From Chitinophagales bacterium 65-1 (lineage in GTDB: Bacteria > Bacteroidota > Bacteroidia > Chitinophagales > Chitinophagaceae), in contig MWYX01000061.1 in assembly GCA_002050465.1 (NCBI GenBank), positions 459 through 64,458 of the forward strand: a stretch of 64,000 bases of DNA, written 5' to 3'. The notes below the pieces were generated by a model that saw only the letters and a program-made list of their open reading frames with translations, had not been told where the DNA came from and did not search any database. Each line of letters starts with the position of its first letter. Position 1 is the first letter of the stretch. The position numbers and the translations under genes are program-made. Of this stretch, positions 59,285-64,000 are shown piece by piece.

Positions 59285-59635
59285 TCAGATCAGTTTATTT
59301 GTTTCAAAATAAAGCAGCACATGATCTTTCAAAAAGTTTTCCTGCTCTATCACATTGCAGGCAGGCAATTCTTTAAGCTGTAAAAAATGCGGCCAGCCTT
59401 CATCATCGTAACCTTCCAGCCGGTAATAATCACTTTGCGATAATAAAGAACAAACTGCAATATGCATCAGATCCTGTTTTTGCTCTTTACTGAATTTATT
59501 TTTTATATTTCCGAATTCCTGTATTCCGATCAAAAAAAGAATAGCCTCCATATCAGGCTTTTTACCAAATTTTTCCGTGAGCTTTTCTTCCAGCTTCCAC
59601 CACCTTAATTGCAGATCATCTTTTGCACTTCTCAT
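59285..59635 (-). CDS. Conserved hypothetical protein
   Basis: LFLIGIQE, KEQKQDLMHIAVC, GWPH; start set by promoter TAATTTTG (59639-59646). Confidence 0.75.
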   Translation of the reverse strand: MRSAKDDLQLRWWKLEEKLTEKFGKKPDMEAILFLIGIQEFGNIKNKFSKEQKQDLMHIAVCSLLSQSDYYRLEGYDDEGWPHFLQLKELPACNVIEQENFLKDHVLLYFETNKLI

Positions 59636-59680
59636 CCTCAAAATTAATTGTATTTAGCATCTTTGTTTTAAATAGATGCT

Positions 59681-60124
59681 ATGGATTACACAGTTACAAA
59701 AAATGAGTTCACTATCTCGACCGACAAAAGCAAAATTAATATTGATTATGTACATGAGTTTTTATCAAATTCTTATTGGTCTCCTGGGGTGCCTTTGGAA
59801 ACTGTAAAGAAGGCTATGGAAAATTCATTGTGCTTTGGAGTTTATAATAATAATAATAAACAGTTTGGCTATGCCAGAATGATTACCGACTACGCAACCT
59901 TTGCTTACATGGCTGATGTTTTTATTGATGAGAAATTCAGAGGCAAAGGTTTGGGGAAATGGCTGGTAGAAGTAATGATGACTCATCCGGCTTTGCAGGG
60001 ATTGAGAAGAGTTATGCTTGCAACAAAAGACGCCCATAAATTATATGAACAATGCGGTTTTACATCAATCAGTAATCCAGAGAGATACATGGTATACAAT
60101 CCTACAGGGTTTAAAACCAAATAG
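59681..60124 (+). CDS. GNAT family N-acetyltransferase
   Basis: SYW, ARMITD, DVFI..FRGKGLGKWL, LYEQCGF. Confidence 0.92.
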   Translation: MDYTVTKNEFTISTDKSKINIDYVHEFLSNSYWSPGVPLETVKKAMENSLCFGVYNNNNKQFGYARMITDYATFAYMADVFIDEKFRGKGLGKWLVEVMMTHPALQGLRRVMLATKDAHKLYEQCGFTSISNPERYMVYNPTGFKTK

Positions 60125-60150
60125 AACTATTTTCGCAGCAAATTCTAAAG

Positions 60151-61443
60151 ATGTTACAGGTTGCATTTATTCGTAATAATCCGGGGCTGGTTAAAGAAAG
60201 ATTAGCGATCAGATATTTTGAAGAACTAAGCCTGGTTGACAGCATTATTGCTTTGGATGATGAAAGAAAAAAATTACAGTTTGAGTTTGAGGAAACACAA
60301 TCTAAAATTAATTCCGCTTCAAAAGAGATAGGGCAATTAATGGCTAAAGGTGAGAAGGTTGCTGCTGAAAAAAATAAAGAGCATGTGACAGCATTAAAGC
60401 TTTCTATCCAACCAATAAATATTAAACTGGCTGAAACAGAAAAAATGCTGCACGATGAACTTATCCAATTACCTAACCTACCCCATACATCTGTACCTGC
60501 AGGAAAAACTCCTGAAGAAAATGTTATTGTAAGAGAAGGCGGTAACAAACCAAAATTATTTTCCGGAGCTATTGCACATTGGGACCTGGCTAAAAAATAT
60601 GACCTGATAAATTTTGAATCAGGTAATAAGATTACCGGAAGCGGTTTCCCTGTTTATAAGAATAAAGGAGCAAAGCTGCAAAGAGCGTTGATACAATATT
60701 TCCTGGATTATAATACAGCGGCAGGCTATACAGAATATCAGCCACCGCTTATGGTTAATGAAGCAAGTGCTTATGGTACAGGGCAGTTACCTGATAAAGA
60801 AGGCCAGATGTATAATATACCCGTTGATGGATTTTATATGATCCCAACTTCAGAGGTTCCGCTGACCAATATTTACCGCAATGATATTGTGAAAGAAAAT
60901 GATCTCCCTATAAAAATGACTGCTTATACCCCATGCTTTAGAAGAGAATCGGGTAGCTATGGAAAAGATGTTCGTGGATTGAACCGGTTGCATCAATTTG
61001 ATAAAGTAGAAATTGTTCAATTAGTTCATCCTGAAATAAGCTATGGGGTTTTGGAAGAGATGGTTGCGCATGTTGAAAAACTTTTACAATCGTTGGAACT
61101 ACCCTACCGCATTTTAAAATTATGTGGCGGCGATATGGGATTCACTTCTGCACTCACTTATGATTTTGAAGTGTATAGCGCTGCACAGCAAAAATGGCTG
61201 GAAGTTAGCTCTGTGAGCAACTTTGAAAGTTTTCAAACCCACCGGATGAAAATACGTTTTAAAGATACAAATGGTAAAACCTTGCCTGCCGGCAGGCAGG
61301 TGCAATTGCTGCATTCACTTAATGGTTCTTCTTTGCCATTGCCAAGAATTGTTGCAGCTCTTTTAGAGAATAATCAAACAGAAAAAAATATTAAACTGCC
61401 TAAAGTGCTGCATAAATACTTTGGAGAAAAGGTGATTGATTAA
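60151..61443 (+). CDS. serS: Serine-tRNA ligase with a 7-aa palindrome-derived insertion
   Basis: IPTSEVPL, FRRESG, RLHQFDKVE, EVSSVSN, HSLNGS. Confidence 0.97.
   Translation: MLQVAFIRNNPGLVKERLAIRYFEELSLVDSIIALDDERKKLQFEFEETQSKINSASKEIGQLMAKGEKVAAEKNKEHVTALKLSIQPINIKLAETEKMLHDELIQLPNLPHTSVPAGKTPEENVIVREGGNKPKLFSGAIAHWDLAKKYDLINFESGNKITGSGFPVYKNKGAKLQRALIQYFLDYNTAAGYTEYQPPLMVNEASAYGTGQLPDKEGQMYNIPVDGFYMIPTSEVPLTNIYRNDIVKENDLPIKMTAYTPCFRRESGSYGKDVRGLNRLHQFDKVEIVQLVHPEISYGVLEEMVAHVEKLLQSLELPYRILKLCGGDMGFTSALTYDFEVYSAAQQKWLEVSSVSNFESFQTHRMKIRFKDTNGKTLPAGRQVQLLHSLNGSSLPLPRIVAALLENNQTEKNIKLPKVLHKYFGEKVID
61281..61300. repeat. 20-bp GC-rich palindrome in frame in serS
   Basis: cttgcctgccggcaggcagg; perfect 16-bp palindromic core at 61283-61298; encodes LPAGRQ. 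Confidence 0.8.
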
Positions 61444-61871
61444 TTTGATTTAATGGATTTTAAAAATTGTAAAGGGGTTATAACAGGTAAATGATTTTCT
61501 GCTGTTTTAAAATCCTTAATATTTCTTGTAATAAAGTATTCAATCCTGTCATCTTTAGCTGCAGTATAATATTGAACCGCATCTTCAATATCATCAAATT
61601 TTGATTCATACGCTTTTTTAATAATACTTATATCTGCCTCTAGAATGATAAAGTAATCGAGTAAATATTTTATTGTTCGCCTGCACTTTTCCTTAGAAAT
61701 TAATCTCTGTCCTGTGTACTGAGCATTTATTATAATTGAAGGAGAAGTAAATAATACCGCTTCCTCATTTTCAAATTGTTTAAAAATTGCACGGCTATTT
61801 TCAATGAATTCTTCATGTACAAGAACAACATCCAGTATAATATCAGTATCGATAAATAAATTATTTGACAT
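61440..61871 (-). CDS. PIN domain (VapC-like) toxin
   Basis: FIDTDIILD, DIEDAVQYYTA, ITRNIKDF. Confidence 0.9.
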   Translation of the reverse strand: MSNNLFIDTDIILDVVLVHEEFIENSRAIFKQFENEEAVLFTSPSIIINAQYTGQRLISKEKCRRTIKYLLDYFIILEADISIIKKAYESKFDDIEDAVQYYTAAKDDRIEYFITRNIKDFKTAENHLPVITPLQFLKSIKSN

Positions 61872-62100
61872 ATTTCTTTAAAAGGTATTCTGTTTTGATC
61901 TTCTTCCAGTCAAAGCTTTTAGGAGCTTTGCCAAAAGCACCTACAATTTTATCTATGTCAAGTTTTTCTTTTTGCTTTGTTACCAGCTTTTCAAAATGCT
62001 CTTCCACGATATTAGATACACTGGTTTCTTTTTGCTGTGCATACCTTTTTATCTTTTTTACTTTTTCTTCATCAATACTTAAAGTGAGTTTGGTTTTCAT
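61861..62100 (-). CDS. Ribbon-helix-helix antitoxin (DUF6364-like)
   Basis: MKTKLTLSIDEE..KRYA....SVSNIVE; overlaps the PIN gene start. Confidence 0.85.
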   Translation of the reverse strand: MKTKLTLSIDEEKVKKIKRYAQQKETSVSNIVEEHFEKLVTKQKEKLDIDKIVGAFGKAPKSFDWKKIKTEYLLKKYVK

Positions 62101-62116
62101 AAATTTTTATTTAAAA

Positions 62117-62148
62117 TAAAGATACGTATAAATTTAATTCATACGTAT
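62117..62148 (-). promoter_or_regulatory. TA promoter with two ATACGTAT palindromic operators
   Basis: ATACGTAT at 62122-62129 and 62141-62148; -7-like TATCTTTA (minus strand, 62117-62124) overlaps the first. Confidence 0.65.
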
Positions 62149-63644
62149 TAATGAATCTTACCCATCCATTTTTTTAATAACGGCACAGTAAATATTAGTA
62201 AGACACCAATTACTACTGCCGCTATCCCTATTTTCTGTATAATATCTGCATAATAAGGAAGTGAAAGAACAGGATCGTTTTTCTCCAACACCTCTTTAGG
62301 AACACTCATTAAGGAACCGATCTTACCTGCCAGAAATTCGCCAATGGCACTTGCAAAAAACCAAATACCCATCATCATCGAAACTATTTTTACAGGCGAT
62401 AATTTGGTGACCATCGAAAGCCCGATAGGCGATATACAAAGCTCTCCGAGGATAATAAACATGTAGCCAGCAACAAAAGGCCACAAAGGAATAATGCCGG
62501 TATCTTCATGTGCCAGGCAACCTAAATAAAATATATAAAAGCCAATACCGAGGAAAATGAATGATATGGCAAATTTTAAAGGTGTGCTTGGCTCTTTACC
62601 ACGCTTGCTAAGCCACGGCCACAATGGTGCAACTAATAGTGTTAGTACAATTACCCAACCAGGCGGCAAAAAATTGTTTACTGCCAGTTCCGGCAGGTCA
62701 ATTCCAAATAAAGTCATTTGTGAATTTCTTTCGGCTAATAAATTCATTGATCCTGCATTCTGCTCGTATACAGCCCAAAAAACTATTGAAAAAATGATCA
62801 TGACTAATGCCGCATATAATTTCAGCCTTGGGTCTCTTTCCAGCTTCGCCGCTATTGAAAGAACATAAACCAATGAAATGATTCCCAGGCCGAACATAAT
62901 GTAATCCATAATCTCATATTGATGAAACAGTGTTACTACTAACGGAACTACCAATAAGGTTCCTCCATAAATAAGCCACTCTGGTTTTATAAATCCAAAC
63001 ACTGGTTTCTTTAATGCCGCATCGTTGGGCGGAAGACCTTTTTGACCCAGGGATTTTTTACCTATAATAAAAACGATAAGTCCTACAAACATAAAAATGC
63101 CGGCAAGGCCAAATCCGTAATGCCAGTTTATTTCAGTGCCCACATAAGCGCAAAGGGCTCCGCCTAAAGCCGCACCAATGTTGATACCCATATAAAATAT
63201 TGAAAAGCCGCTATCTCTTCTCGCATCGTTTTCTCCATATAAAGTTCCTACCAAACTGGATATGTTAGGTTTAAAAAATCCATTGCCACAAATGATAAAT
63301 GCCATACCATAAAAAAAACTCCAGTCATTAGGCAGGGCTAAAACAAAATGCCCTATGGTCATAAGAATTCCGCCAAACATTATTGCACGCCGATAACCGA
63401 TAAACCTATCTGCCATAAAACCACCAAACATCGGCATTGTATACACTAATGCAGCGTACGAACCCAGTATCGCATACGCTTTTGGATCATCATAATTTAA
63501 CTGGCTTGTCATGTATGCAATCAGCAAAGCCTTCATTCCATAGAAAGAAAAACGCTCCCACATCTCCGCAAAAAATAAAAGATAAAGCTGTTTGGGTTGC
63601 TTAGTGGAATTTATGTCTGTTCGGATTGGTTCGGTAAGGTCCAT
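62148..63644 (-). CDS. Proton-dependent oligopeptide (POT/PTR2) MFS transporter
   Basis: EMWERFSFYGM, GNGFFKPNIS, FYMGINIG, GELCISPIGLS. Confidence 0.95.
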   Translation of the reverse strand: MDLTEPIRTDINSTKQPKQLYLLFFAEMWERFSFYGMKALLIAYMTSQLNYDDPKAYAILGSYAALVYTMPMFGGFMADRFIGYRRAIMFGGILMTIGHFVLALPNDWSFFYGMAFIICGNGFFKPNISSLVGTLYGENDARRDSGFSIFYMGINIGAALGGALCAYVGTEINWHYGFGLAGIFMFVGLIVFIIGKKSLGQKGLPPNDAALKKPVFGFIKPEWLIYGGTLLVVPLVVTLFHQYEIMDYIMFGLGIISLVYVLSIAAKLERDPRLKLYAALVMIIFSIVFWAVYEQNAGSMNLLAERNSQMTLFGIDLPELAVNNFLPPGWVIVLTLLVAPLWPWLSKRGKEPSTPLKFAISFIFLGIGFYIFYLGCLAHEDTGIIPLWPFVAGYMFIILGELCISPIGLSMVTKLSPVKIVSMMMGIWFFASAIGEFLAGKIGSLMSVPKEVLEKNDPVLSLPYYADIIQKIGIAAVVIGVLLIFTVPLLKKWMGKIH

Positions 63645-63648
63645 ATAA

Positions 63649-64000
63649 TTATTTTACGCCTTTCTCTTTCATTATTTTATTAAGCCATCTTAACATGGCA
63701 AACATGATAATAGTTGCTATCATCAGCAACACAAAATTTACCCAAAAAAAGTTGGCTTTGTTTTCGTATCCATCCCACATGGTTGCCAATACACCGGATA
63801 GTTTATTACCAATTGATGTTGAAAGAAACCAGCCGCCCATCATTAAAGCGGTTATTCTTACCGGGCTTAATTTGGAAACAAGTGATAAGCCCATTGGACT
63901 TAGCAACAGTTCCCCAATAGTTATAATACCATACGTAGATATTAGCCACCATACACTTGCTTTTTCACTTCCATTATTGGTAGCGTACACAGCCCAAACC
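63649..64000 (-). CDS. POT family peptide transporter, C-terminal part (runs off the window)
   Basis: GELLLSPMGLSLVSKLSP...MMGGWF. Confidence 0.88.
   Translation of the reverse strand, partial: VWAVYATNNGSEKASVWWLISTYGIITIGELLLSPMGLSLVSKLSPVRITALMMGGWFLSTSIGNKLSGVLATMWDGYENKANFFWVNFVLLMIATIIMFAMLRWLNKIMKEKGVK

Noticed and set aside
59347-59370. gcaggcaggcaa as another LPAGRQ-type palindrome
   Set aside because: Only a half-site and no sign of a length insertion in the protein.

Overview
AT-rich chromosomal window from a Bacteroidota bacterium, most likely Chitinophagaceae-like. This rests on gldC/gldD/gldE, batB/C, long-form IspG, TAnnTTTG -7 promoters and few Shine-Dalgarno sites. It is mostly housekeeping genes: greA, tsaB, nadB, ispG, ssb, mutY, HU, rne/rng, atpBEFHA, rpiB, tadA, sodA, yidD-rnpA-rpmH, murI-ompH-ompH-bamA-uppS-nadK, gmk, murA, gcvH and serS. 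I saw no rRNA, tRNA, CRISPR array, transposase or integrase. Two small ribosomal protein genes missing from the ORF track are present (bS22-like at 20763-20852, rpmH at 39915-40082). The most unusual signal is a set of small palindromic and tandem repeat families that have entered protein-coding sequence. A GC-rich REP-like hairpin family sits as inverted pairs in frame inside the adjacent genes nadB and ispG, and related copies supply the stop codons of two other genes. A 20-bp palindrome is inserted in frame in serS (LPAGRQ), and converging 7/8-mer arrays fill many intergenic spacers. Other candidates are an operon with a Crp/Fnr regulator, tandem operators, acyl-CoA ligase, membrane protein, LuxI/FeeM-like acyltransferase and class-V PLP enzyme; a secreted 737-aa protein with a clan-CD-like His/Cys dyad; a BatB-BatC fusion; a lipoprotein OXA beta-lactamase; a PIN toxin-antitoxin pair with visible operators; and several probable leaderless transcripts. 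All calls come from motif recognition by eye; no searches were run.
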